Source: Oopsacas minuta
Taxonomy: Eukaryota > Animalia > Porifera
DNA: 64,000 nucleotides
Direction: 5' to 3'
Assembly: GCA_024704765.1 (NCBI GenBank)
Contig: JAKMXF010000055.1
Span: forward strand, 64,255 to 128,254
The translations under genes and the position numbers were made by a program. Of this stretch, positions 35,443-46,821 are shown piece by piece. Each line of letters begins with the position of its first letter. Within the stretch, counting starts at the first letter, position 1. Below the pieces are notes generated by a model. It was not told the DNA's origin, made no database searches, and was given only the letters and a program-made list of their open reading frames with translations.

Positions 35443-38400
35443 CTGAAAATAAATATTTTAACTAGAATATTAGCAGAATAATTAATTTAGTAAATTATGA
35501 ATTCAAACGTGACGTAACGAATCAAATACACTGAAACCTTCACAAACGGGGCATATGGAAACGGAATAGCACTTTTCGCCGTCTCTGGCACTCGTTTGTC
35601 TTAGGTTACACTGTATTTTAAATCTCAATGTTGTCCGAAATATCTTAAAAATTGAGTTGACTGTGAAACTGGTAACAGCTGTGAGCTATAAATATGATAT
35701 GTGTATGGAAATTCAATCAACTTGAGTTAATTTCAAATTTCAAAGCCAAATCTTGGCTCATCTCTGTGAAAAGGTGACGAAATGTTCTCCCTATGGTATA
35801 CATTGATTCATTCAATGATGAATTGAAGAAGTTGAGAGGCAAAACGGACGTGAATCATCACTCACATATAAAGCAGTCTCAACTGGACCTTTGGTATATA
35901 TTTCATACATTATCTTATTGATACCACTGAGTGAGTAAGCACCATATACAGTATAGCACAACTCTGGATTAACATAGCTAGACGAAGGACACTCCTTATT
36001 TCAGAGATAGCATTCTCTGGCAGACCTAGAGCTACCGCTATCATATGCATAGCAATCCCCTGTTACTGTTCCTGTAGACTTCAAGTAGACAGCAATTAGT
36101 CAGGTTTGCGTTGCATGTTGCACTGTATAGTTAGTAATTCAATCAAACATACTGTGATTAAGTCACCAATTCAAAATGCACTAATTCTATGATTCTCTGA
36201 AGCTTTGCGTTCTTTTGCAATAAACTACACTCCAAATATTTAATAAACAGAACTTACCTCTACTAGAACTAGCACAGGATACCAGCTGTTAAGGTGATAG
36301 CCTCGGCAGCCGGAATACCTCCTACGAATATCGTACAAATATAGACAAAATATTTGTTGTTGATATTCATGTCGCGGCAGTTGACTTCACGTATTAATTG
36401 AGTTATTCATTCTAGGTTAATTTGACTTGATTAAGGATGTTGAGGAGTCAACAGCCCCAGAACAACCCCCTCCACCTATTTCACCACCTCAAAAAGTCTC
36501 CAGGAAGCGTAAACACACAGAATCCGAATGTAATACACCACCAACTTCACCAACAAAGGACTTCATGTATCTAAATAATTCCTCAAAGTCTCCTCATCCT
36601 GTAACGACCCCCAAAACACCCAAAACACCACAAACTCCTGTGACTCCCAATAATTCTACAGAATGTTGCAAAGAGTCCCATCTCAAGACCCCGCGTAAGC
36701 GTTTGATGTTATCGTCCCTTCCCCGTAAATGGAAAAACAATTGGAATTCAATCCTTCCTCTCCAGGGGCAACATCTACATCACTTTCGGAGTTATTCGAT
36801 TACGATGATTATCCCGTAAGAGATCCACAAAGGAAAAATATACTCCCCCTTCTAATCCCATCTTTAGTCCTAAATGTTCTCCCATCGCAGAAAGTGAATT
36901 TCTATCTCCATTCTTCTGCCAAGAAGAATTGGTATAAATAATAGTGTAATATTAGTAATCTCTTTTAATTACATTATGTTGTAAGGGAATAATGATATGA
37001 TCCTCCCTTTATCATATATCGTGTCAGGTATTTGGGCAGTGATTGTTTGTTGTTAAGCAGCTAGAGACATAAGTGTCTCTTTAGCAAAAGTATTGCTTGT
37101 CCGGACATCTACTGAGTGTGATATCGTCCCGATTAAAGTTTAGATCAGTTACTTCACTTGTGGAGTTTTGAGGAACACATTAATACCTTCAACGTCAGTT
37201 GATATCTTCTCCAGAACTGAATATATTTCCCCTCAAGTTTAATGATAGGTTTTCAGGAATTAACATACTGGTGGCGGCTGTGTGTTATTAAATCATTCAT
37301 TACTAAACGAAAACTATTCAAATCCAATGTAAGTCGCGGCCAACTCCGACAGTTTCCAAACTTGATGCAAAATCAGGTCTCAACCGAAGATCTTCGGAGA
37401 TAATGTGGTCATCTTGACAATCTTAAGGAAAAATTTTGTAGAACGTTTCGCCGACGTTATCAACATGGAGATACCGGGATGGATTATCCGTCCGTATTCG
37501 TGCGATTTGCAACAGATACCTATTGAACGAAAGGAATCACTGATTGATTTACGTAGCGATGATGTAGTGAAGTCTTCGTTCCCTGAACAATACTACAACA
37601 TTTTGTGGTGCAATATTGCTGATCAATACCCTGCTCTATGCGCCCGCACGAAAGTAATGATATTGTCATTTTCAACATCGTACCTCGTGGAGAAGGGTTT
37701 CTCAGCCGTTGTTGGACTTCTCACAAAGAAGAGGAATAGGCTGGAGATAACCAAACGTGGTGGTGACCTTCGGCTCTTCTTGACCAAATTCAGTCCCGAT
37801 CTGAAAAATCTTGTAACTGTGCACAGACCCAACCTTCACACTAAACTTATACAAATGAAAAATTTACATAAATTATGTCTTAGCATTTGGTAATATAATT
37901 AATATACAAACGAGATGGGACGAGGGGGAGGTGAGGGATGGCCCGATCATCGAAGGGGGCGACCGACAGAAAAAGGTTGAGAAACGCTGGTGTAGAGGGT
38001 TCATATATACACTATTATGTGAATAACACATTCAAGAAGAGTAATAAACTAATAATATATTGAATAATATTTGCATTATACTATACCTACAACAGATAAA
38101 CAGATATTCCGCTTATAATCAAGTAATATATTGGACTTCAAACTTTCTTAGAGAGTGGCTCTCAACGACAATATATACGGACGGTGACACATGGAGCGCT
38201 TTGCTGGTGAAGTGGGGGGGGTGCCACAAGCATGCTTCCACTTTCTGGAAGCGGAAAGGGTTGCCATCAGAGGGGGAGGAGGAGAATTGGCTGCCTCAGG
38301 GTTATTTGAAGTCGTTGGAATCGGAATCTAGTAAAAGAAAATAAAACAAAACTCGTCCATAATAGCATGTATACATTCACACATTCTGGTGTACTCACTC

Positions 38401-38753
38401 TTGGTGGTGGAGCAGTAGTTTCACGATATAACAAGAGTTCTTCTCGAAGGGAGTCACATATCATTCGAGACTTATCTAGTTCTTTCTTTATCCCATCTAA
38501 TTCTATTTTCCTTTCATCTCACATTCTCTTAATTTAGTCTCAAAGTCAGCTGATTCTTATATCCGGTCATCCCCTCTGATAGCATATTCTTGTTTCAATG
38601 TATTAATCATATTTTGTAACTCGATCACTTTCTCTCTTTTCTTGACAACCTCTTCCTGCTGCTCTCTCAATCTATCCTCTTGTATACCTGTAATCTTTTG
38701 AAGACTGGTCAATTGCTGAGTGAGATCTGTGTTTTCTTTCTCTTTGTCATCCA

Positions 38754-39570
38754 ATCGGGAAAATGGGAAAGTAGGAGAAGATGCCGCCTTAGTCTGGCCC
38801 AGCTCAGAAAACATTTATTTGCCCAAGAAGTATGGCTGCCAGTCTTGCTTCTTCACGTGTAATGACCTTTGTGTCATCACCGAACACGTGGAGAAGCATG
38901 TGCTGGCAGTCCGCCAACAGGCCCCCCAAGATCGCTATCATCCAGTATACGATCTGGCGGTGAAACACTACGATTAATGATCTCTCCAATCAAATTTTTT
39001 AATTACTAAGTAAATTTATGTTTTAGTCTAGTATTTTTATGTTTAGTGTAGATTTGTAGATTTTTGTAATATTAGTTCCAATATTTAATCAATAAAGTGA
39101 ATATAGTATTTCCCTCACTTTCAATTATATTGAGAATATTCCGTTGGGTTGGGCGCAACTGATACAATCTGAAGAATTGTTCGCCATTATCATGTACGCA
39201 TAGTCGTAATCACAAAGAATGGCAGTAGCACCACTTATTGAACGACATTCACATTATATAAGAATCAATATATTTATCATTCAGGGTATGAAACCTGATC
39301 CACTTCTCGAATAGTTGAATATCATGACCTACATTCAACCAAATTCCATTAGAGTTTGTTCCTTGGCATGCTTGGAATGTTTATTCTGATTTCAAATCGG
39401 TGTCATGAGAGTTTGTATTCATTCTTATAATTGAAATATGTATTCTAAGTTCACATCGGCGTTATGAGAGTTTGTTTATTCGTCCACGTGAAATACTTAT
39501 TTCCAACAACAAAGGGGTGTTGTTTCAATGTGTTCCCCTACCTTCTACTTTCTTATAGACACTACCAGAA
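38754..39570 (+). repeat. ~820-bp direct repeat with a terminal exon encoding a C2H2-like finger; copy at 41689-42513
   Basis: Near-identical copies; CQSCFFTC.DLCVITEHVEKH. Confidence 0.9.
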
Positions 39571-40921
39571 GCGCACATATACTCGGGCTAGTTACGTCCA
39601 TTGTCACTCTCACAGACTAAATCTCGTACTACAGCATGTTGCCACTAAGGATGAAGATTTAAAGGTGTTTTTAGTTTGACAAATAATCTTGTGACCTTTT
39701 ATAGATACCCTAAACGCAACGCTATCTTAAAACGAGCACAGAAAAGACTTCGTTTGGGGAAGCAGTTGGTCTCACTTCCTCGCCCGATAGATATTAGGTG
39801 GCTATCTAATGCGTTAACAGTAGAAAGAATTGCTATCCTCTTCCCTAGCATTATTGAAGCACTAGAAGAATTGGAAGCTATTCCAGATATCCAAATCCAG
39901 GCACAATCTCTTTTACATCATTTGCGTTCCAAGAAATTTATATTCATTTTGAACATCCTTTCTAAGATACTTGATGTAGCCGAATGCTGCACAAAAACTC
40001 TTCAGAGCCATTCTTTGGCACTCGATAATGCTGTTGGATTTATTAATGGATTACGTGACTTACTAATTATGTATAGAAGTGAAGAATATTTTTTTGAAGT
40101 TTTCAAGTTGACAGATGAAATTGCATTTAAATTCGAAATCACAGCTTGGGATTCCAGAACTGAAAGAGTTCGACATGTTCCTCAACGTTTTGATGATTAC
40201 TTTGATTGTAATATTAGATATACAAAGACAGTACGTTCTGTTGAAGATTTGAAAATTATTTGGCACGATTTATATGACAACTTATTAGGAGATATTGATC
40301 GTCGATTTTCTGAAGATAGTATGAGCTTTTTTCATTGTACTCATAATATACTAAATAGAAATAATTACTGCGAAAGTGAATTGACTCAACGATTCAATAT
40401 AATCATTCCCGAAAGTGAAGCAATTATGTTTAATGCATTTTCTCAACGTTCCCTCGTAGAGACACCAATTTTGCTGGACCTGACTTCTATTTGCGATCCT
40501 AACATATTTGATAATATCTCAAAATTGTTAAATATTCTTGTAGTTTGTCCAGTCACAACAGTATGCGTTGAACGTCTATTCTCTACTGTGAATCTAATCC
40601 ACAGTTCACATCGAGCGAGTATGTTGACAACAAGATTGTGCAATTTATCACTACTCTCTTTTGAAACAGATATAATAAAGAAGCTTCAAGAAACTCCTCT
40701 TATAGTAGAAAAAGTTATGCGAAAGATGGTCAAGAAGTAGTATGCTTGTAGTTAATATTAGATTTGATGATTAGATACCTACTAGGAATAGATACTAGTT
40801 TTTGTAATCCTAGCTTCATTACTAATTGTTCTAGATCATTTTGCCTTCTAAGATTTATTGCCCCCCCATTTAGGGTTTGTTGCCCCCCCCCCCCCCAAAT
40901 TTAAAGTTTGTTACGCCACTG
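39571..40921 (+). mobile_element. 5'-truncated hAT (ZMYM1-like) with transposase C-half and right TIR
   Basis: YVHCHSHRLNL, IRWLS, VTTVCVERLFS..RASM; 354-aa ORF at 39676-40740; terminus GTTACGCCACTG after poly-C tracts. Confidence 0.88.
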
Positions 40922-43094
40922 ACTTGGCATTTACCAAAATGTGACAATACTTCCCAAATTGGGTGTCTAAGATTACTGAAAATAATCACTCCTAAACCTT
41001 CAATAATTTCTACAAAATCCTTTACTTTATTATTTTTCTTCGATTTTCTCAAAACTATGTTTTCATGAATTTCATAATTTACTTTTCAGAATTACTTTAG
41101 CTTTGTTATTAAATGTAAATAAAATTTGTTTATTATTGACTTTTTGTGTTGTTTGGAATATTTTACGATTTTTATTAATTATCGCACGCTACTGATCCTT
41201 TACAATATATGAGTTTAAATCTCACGCAACAGATCCCCCCTCTGGTTATTTCTATCCACTAATACGAATTTTTGTATTTTTATTGGATTTTTTTGGCTAA
41301 TTATTATAATTATTCGTAAGCGTTAATAAATACATTAATTTAATTCAATGCTTGAGGATTAGAAGATGTAATTCATAGTTATTTACATTCTTCTATTTCA
41401 TTCATTGGCATATTCTGATATTCGAATGGATTGGATATTGATCTTACGTGTGGGCATACCTTGTGTCAGTCATCAATAGCCTCTTCCGGTGTTAGTCACA
41501 GTTTAGAACTATTGCTTTAGGTAATCAGTACTATTCAACTAGGTGTCTGGTTAACACCTATTCAAATCTGACAAGAGCATTCTAATATATTGGCTATACC
41601 CGGGCGCGTATAAATACAATTATTATAAACTGAAAGACAAATACAAATGCTAATCATTTTTATTTCTATAGTATTATTATTCCGAAAGATCGGGAAAATG
41701 GGGAAAGTAGGAGAAGAGGGTGATGCCGCCTTAGTCTGGCCCAGCTCAGAAAATATTTATTTGCCGAAGAAGTATGGCTGCCAGTCTTGCTTCTTCACGT
41801 GTGATGACCTTTGTGTCATCACCGAACACGTGGAGAAGCATGTGCTGGCAGTCCGCCAACAGGCCCCCCAAGATCGCTATCATCCAGTATACGATCTGGC
41901 GGTGAAACACTACGATTAATGATCTCTCCAATCAAATTTTTTAATTACTAAGTAAATTTATGTTTTAGTCTAGTATTTTTATGTTTAGTGTAGATTTGTA
42001 GATTTTTGTAATATTAGTTCCAATATTTAATCAATAAAGTGAATATAGTATTTCCCTCACTTTCAATTATATTGAGAATATTCCGTTGGGTTGGGCGCAA
42101 CTGATACAATCTGATGAATTGTTCGCCATTATCATGTACGCATAGTCGTAATCACAAAGAATGGCAGTAGCACCACTTATTGAACGACATTCACATTATA
42201 TAAGAATCAAATATATTTATCATTCAGGGTATGAAACCTGATCCACTTCTCGAATAGTTGAATATCATGACCTACATTCAACCAAATTCCATTACAGTTT
42301 GTTCCTTGGCATGCTTGAAATGTTTATTCTGATTTCAAATCGGTGTCATGAGAGTTTGTATTCATTCTTATAATTGAAATATGTATTCTAAGTTCACATC
42401 GGCGTTATGAGAGTTTGTTTATTCGTCCACGTGAAATACTTATTTCCAACATCAAAGGGGTGTTGTTTCAATGTGTTCCCCTACCTTCTACTTTCTTATA
42501 GACACTACCAGAATTTTCACCATCCAGTTTACACTCTAAATTTGCTGTCCAATTTTGTGTACTTTTTTTTCTTATTTTTCCCTAACTACATCATTGGTTC
42601 TAAGTATGTTGTTTTTGCATTTCCTGCAAGAGTTATTCTATATCTTTTGTGGTTGAATTTCTGATGTAAACTGAACTAGAACTATTCTGATCTTGTTTTT
42701 CAATCATGATAGAACATTTCTATAACCTCTAGTCTTACTTCTGTTAGAATCCTAGCATCCAATACCCAAGGTTGTCATTACTCTATTATCCATCACATTT
42801 TATTGTTCGTTGGCTTGGTTTTTCCTTCAGCCACAAACATTTTTCAATTCTCAAGGAATTGCCCTAATTGTGGCTGCTGATAACTGATTATTTGTACATG
42901 AATCAACTTAATAAATCCCTACCCCTAAACCAGGCACGTAGCTACGGGGGGGCAAGGGGGGCAGTCGCCCCCCCAGATAAATTTGGAAGTTTTCGTTTTT
43001 ATATACAATGTAGTTAGCTTATTAGTAATATTGCTCTATTAGCAACCAGCTTTCGGGTCCCAAACGGGATTATAATGTTAATTTCGTTGCCCTA

Positions 43095-43548
43095 TTAGNA
43101 TTTCGGAATTTCAAAGGAAATTGTCAATGATAGTGAAAGTTTTGTGAGATCTTCTACGCTATCAAATAGTAGTTCTGTGCATACAACCAAGCTCGGCTCA
43201 CGACTGTATGCCTCTCCAGAACAGCTGATCTCTAGTCACTACTCTTTTAAGACTGATATTTTCAGTTCTGCCCTAGTGTTCCTGGAGCTATTTTACCCAT
43301 TGACATCAGACAATGAAAAGTGTAATGTCTTCAGTGATGTTAGAGAGAGCAAGATTGCCACAGAATTTCTAGAAACCTTTCCATTTCAATCCTCTCTCAT
43401 TTTAGAAATGGTGAATTTGACTTGGCGTGATCGGCCGGATGCCGCCATGGTACTCAATAGATTATTAATAAACAGTAAGGATCCAGCTAAAGAAGTTTTA
43501 TTACTGAAGAAACGAATTGCAGAATTGGAAGCGCAACAACGATGTTGA
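43095..43548 (+). pseudogene. eIF2-alpha kinase-like C-lobe fragment
   Basis: GATTTCGGA (DFG) at ~43100, HTTKLGSRLYASPEQ, KTDIFS, LELFYP, DRPDA. Confidence 0.8.
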
Positions 43549-43829
43549 AGAATACAGTAAGAACTTAACAATTTTGTATTTTTATGTAACAAATTTGACT
43601 AACAGTGTTAACCCAATATATTTCATGTTTTTTTCTGGAATATTCAACTTTATTTATAATTTTTATTATTAATTATTTTTTGAAGGTTTGTGCTAATTTA
43701 GGGATGGATAGTTCTGTACTAATTTCATTATTAACGATTCATCGTGCGTAGTATCAATTCGCCAGGGCTGTCTATCTGTAATTCCTGTGATTTCTTAGGA
43801 TGAAATAGAAATTCTCACTAGTTATCATA

Positions 43830-43977
43830 TCTATATTATTATATCTCAATTGTTGTTTGTCCGTTGCCAAGGAAAGGATTTACGTTATGCAATTTTGAAA
43901 TTGCCGCATAACTATGCATTTATCGTGTTTATCAAAGGAGTAAATAGCTTTTGCACTAGCACAAGATAACTATCTAG
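43830..43977 (+). mobile_element. Non-autonomous Helitron-like element (short copy)
   Basis: A|TCTATATTATT start and CTAG|T end; shares GTCCGTTG.CAAGGAAAGGATTTACG with 58646-58932. Confidence 0.6.
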
Positions 43978-44378
43978 TATGTGAGGCTAGTGTAGATGAG
44001 GAACTCTCTCCATCGTTTAAGTGGCTAATAGATGGAATCCTTTGCAGGTGAATATAGTGCCTTATCACCGCTATAAATATACTGAGAGTGATCATCCTCC
44101 CATTTATCCCTCCTCCTCTCCCACTCTCTCTCTTCCTCGTGTTAAACAACAAGCTCGTGCTCGTATCAATGAGGTGAGTAAAGAGATTGATACTCTTAAG
44201 CTGGGACGGGGGGCTGATGCTAAAACTAGTGTTACTCAACAGGTATTTCCCGTCTAATAACCTCTCACATGTAACTAGATAGCTAAATACCTTGTGAATG
44301 TTATTCTTAATATTTTGTCTTTTAGAAATTCGAGGAATCTCTGAATATGAGCCCTTCTTCTTCTCGGGCTAGTTCTCC

Positions 44379-46239
44379 CAGCACGGTTACAGCTGCGTAC
44401 AGCCATTACCATAGAAACCATTGATAAATGTTTTTGGGTTGCATAAAATGCCCTATTAGCAAGGGTGGGGGATAAACCAATGATTGAATTCATAATATCA
44501 ATCCCACTTTTACCAATCCCAGCAAGCTTACCACCCAATACTTGTAACATATTGTGACCAAACATTATTTTATTATCTCCCTCAGTGGATTGGGATCTAG
44601 GGAGCGAATAAAATTCTGAAGAATGTCGACACTGTTCGCAGATAATATACTAATGCTTGACAACACCATTCGTATAACAGGATTGGTACAGTCCTAAATT
44701 TCCTTTCATACAATATTTACACATAGAAACTTCAGCTAAACTGTTTTCAAGTATACTTATGTCAATAAGAACTTGACCATCGACCTTTGACAAATTTCTA
44801 GTTACTGGTTTTTCCTTCCCAATCTGAAATATATCCATATCTTTATGCTGAATACCACCGATACAACTACGACTAAGTTTACTTTCAGAAGTAGTGAGAC
44901 AAACTTCAGAGATGGCTTCTAATTCACACAGCTCACTGTCAACATTATCATCCAACTTAGGGGACTTACTTCGTAGTTCCAACTCTTCAAAATCAGAAGT
45001 CAAACTTGATTGGCCGAAAGAGGTAGGAGGTCGGATAGTTTTCGGATTGAAACGATGAACAAAACTTTTCTTACTTTTTTCTTACCATAAACAAATCAAT
45101 TTGGAGGAATATAAGCAAAATTTGAATCTGTTGCAGTAAATTGTGCAATAGACGAAGAAGGTTGTACAAAATCAAAATTCTTAGGAACAGTATTGACGAA
45201 CAATGAATCATCATTCTTATTTCCGTCACCCTTTGGACCCGGGTTTAGTTCTACACACCCAATTACAAGTAACATTGAGATCACACAAGCAAGAAGAGCT
45301 ATGCCTGACGCAATTTCTAGTTGAAAGTGCTGGGAGAAGAAGAACATTATTCTCTTTGAATTGAATAACCCAATTTTAGCTCTCCAGAGCTCCAAAGCGA
45401 TCATTGATAGAGAAAAAATGACAATAAATATGCTAAAGGTTTGAAGAGAAGGGATTGGTAAGAATAATTGCAAACACAAATGGAATATAGGGATCAATAT
45501 AAATTTCGCGAATAAAAAAGATAACTATGAAACCCAGCAGGGTAAAGCGAGTTTGTTAATGACTAATAAGTAGGATACGGTACATTAAATTTAGGTGCTG
45601 GCCCTAGAGTTTTATAAGGTTTTTTCCTCCATCTGAATAGACTCTCCCTTGTCCAGCCGCATTTACTATCGCTTACTCTGTAGTTCCAGGAAGGATAATG
45701 AAAATGTACAAATTCTTCCTCTGAACTAGGAAGCTCTGGTAGTGACTCTGAGGATTCTGTAACCGTAAAATCCTCCAGCTTCATCCTTTTCGCTGGAGTC
45801 TCTTCAGTTTTCTCCAATCCCCATTTGCGGGTTGTATATGTACATCTTGAGGCTCTCCCTCTGTTTTCAGGTGGGAGATAGCCTGGTGGAGACGTTTGGG
45901 ATTTTGAAAATTCTCGAGACATTCTTATATATTCTATTGGAACATGTGCAAAATTATATCAGCATTGGGGTATATCGAATACTTCAGTCAAATTTCATAA
46001 TCAGACAATCAAATTGTGACACGTGTTGAGATGCGTAATTATTTGTGAGATATGGAAATATTTTAAAGAAGTCATCAGAATATATAACGGCAAAATGCGA
46101 AAAATATTTGAGATATTAATTCAAAACAGCCCAGAAATCTTGGAAAACTTCCTAAGAACCCAAGAATCCAATAAAACAGAAAATATTAGAATTTCAAAAA
46201 TTTCTGAAAATTATGCATATTATATAGGATACTTCCCCC
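44379..46239 (-). mobile_element. 5' part of a TTAA-targeting DNA transposon (Kolobok-like by inference)
   Basis: Terminus GGGGGAAGTATCC (minus strand) next to TTAA at 46240-46243; degraded transposase N-half (QVLIDISIL...CKYC...G; AGIGKSGI...IIGL). Confidence 0.75.
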
Positions 46240-46243
46240 TTAA

Positions 46244-46445
46244 ATAGACGTGAATTCAATGCTCTTGATTTGATATAATTGACAATTTTAACAGCATCAT
46301 CAAATACCATGTGTAATTCTGGGCTCATTTTCTTAGTTGCCAAGGCTTGTTTATGAATCATGCAATGTTGCCATTTTAAATTTGGATTTACTGACTTAAG
46401 GTGAGCAATAAGACCATTTGTGTGTCCTGTTATTGAGGGATCATT
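46244..46445 (-). mobile_element. hAT (ZBED5-type) transposase fragment upstream of the TTAA insertion site
   Basis: SITGHTNGL...QHCMIHKQAL...VKIVNYIKSRALNSRLF. Confidence 0.85.
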
Positions 46446-46606
46446 TGGATTTAGCATATATGGAATTTATCATAATTCATACATACATACTAAGACTATC
46501 GAACATTTACTAATCAATTGAATAACATACCTATGTTGAAAACAAATTATCGTATAAAGGTAACAACCTAATAGTAATTGCAATAGAGTTAAGGTAAATA
46601 CTTGCT

Positions 46607-46720
46607 TATTTATAGTTGAGTGAGTAAGAAGAGTAGATGTGCCTATTGTATTATTCTAAAGTTGTGACTATGGATTAAGTGAAGTGAGTAGTGGAAATTC
46701 TAGAATATTCCAGAATGTTC
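46607..46720 (-). promoter_or_regulatory. Putative heat-shock promoter in the element's 3' region: five-unit HSE plus TATA box
   Basis: TTCtaGAAtaTTCcaGAAtgTTC at 46698-46720; TATAAATA on the minus strand at 46614-46607; CT-A-TT initiator-like site 30 nt downstream (46584); AG|GTATGT donor at 46531|46530. Confidence 0.65.
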
Positions 46721-46821
46721 TTTTTGTCTAAAAATAGAACTCCTTCTAATAATAGTGATATACGGCAGTTTTGACCTATATACAGCCTGCCAAAGGGCTT
46801 AGAAATCTGTTCGTCATTCTT

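Noticed and set aside
46445-46567. Spliced-leader RNA gene
   Set aside because: The exon plus GT donor fits, but no Sm-binding site (AAUUUUUG-like) is visible downstream; kept only as an alternative hypothesis.
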